Source: a virus. Taken from it: 40,537 nucleotides of DNA. Each line of letters starts with the position of its first letter. Position 1 is the stretch's first letter. A program made the translations under genes and the position numbers. The stretch is from the IMG/VR virus record IMGVR_UViG_3300002035_000002, positions 1 through 40,537 of that record, one strand, 5' to 3'. The notes beneath the pieces were generated by a model. That model did no database searches and had not been told where the DNA came from. It saw nothing but the letters and a program-made list of their open reading frames with translations. Positions 40,489-40,537 of the stretch are shown piece after piece.

Positions 40489-40537
40489 GCGGCTTCCTGC
40501 TTGTCCTCTGGGAGGGCTGCAATCGCCTGCTGAAAGT
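40489..40537. repeat. Second copy of the 49-nt terminal repeat
   Basis: Identical to nt 1-49. Confidence 0.95.

Overview
The window is one complete genome of a T7-like (Autographivirales-type) podophage, given as the reverse complement. About 57 genes are called by eye and all lie on the minus strand. Nt 1-49 are identical to nt 40489-40537, so the unique sequence is 40488 nt. The contig closes on itself, and the scaffolding gene is cut by the linearisation point.

Gene order on the minus strand:
- a consensus host sigma70 promoter (22147..22119)
- small early genes of unknown function
- a tyrosine integrase
- a single-subunit T7-type RNA polymerase
- a displaced cassette: tail fibre (T7 gp17-type N-terminus plus an SGNH/sialate-O-acetylesterase-like domain), an embedded Rz/Rz1 spanin pair and a 50-aa TM protein
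- the first phage-type promoter, then gp2.5-like SSB, endonuclease I, primase-helicase, family A DNA polymerase, 5'-3' exonuclease and dNMP kinase
- portal, scaffold, major capsid, tail tubular A and B, and four internal virion proteins (the gp15-like one carries an M23 peptidase domain)
- another phage-type promoter, then small terminase candidate, TM protein, M15 endolysin and large terminase
- an accessory island holding a collagen-like protein and a thioredoxin homologue with SRPC in place of CGPC

Non-coding structure worth attention:
- Three copies of a roughly 21-28 nt motif are probably the cognate phage RNAP promoter.
- Two of them are followed by tandem ~13-nt repeats that resemble the promoter initiation region, then by long C-run/G-run hairpins.
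- A G/C-tract cluster lies next to the sigma70 promoter, which is the probable physical genome end.
- A pseudoknot-capable element lies upstream of the capsid gene.

No tRNA, rRNA or CRISPR array was seen by eye. All functional calls rest on remembered family motifs and T7 synteny. No database search was run.
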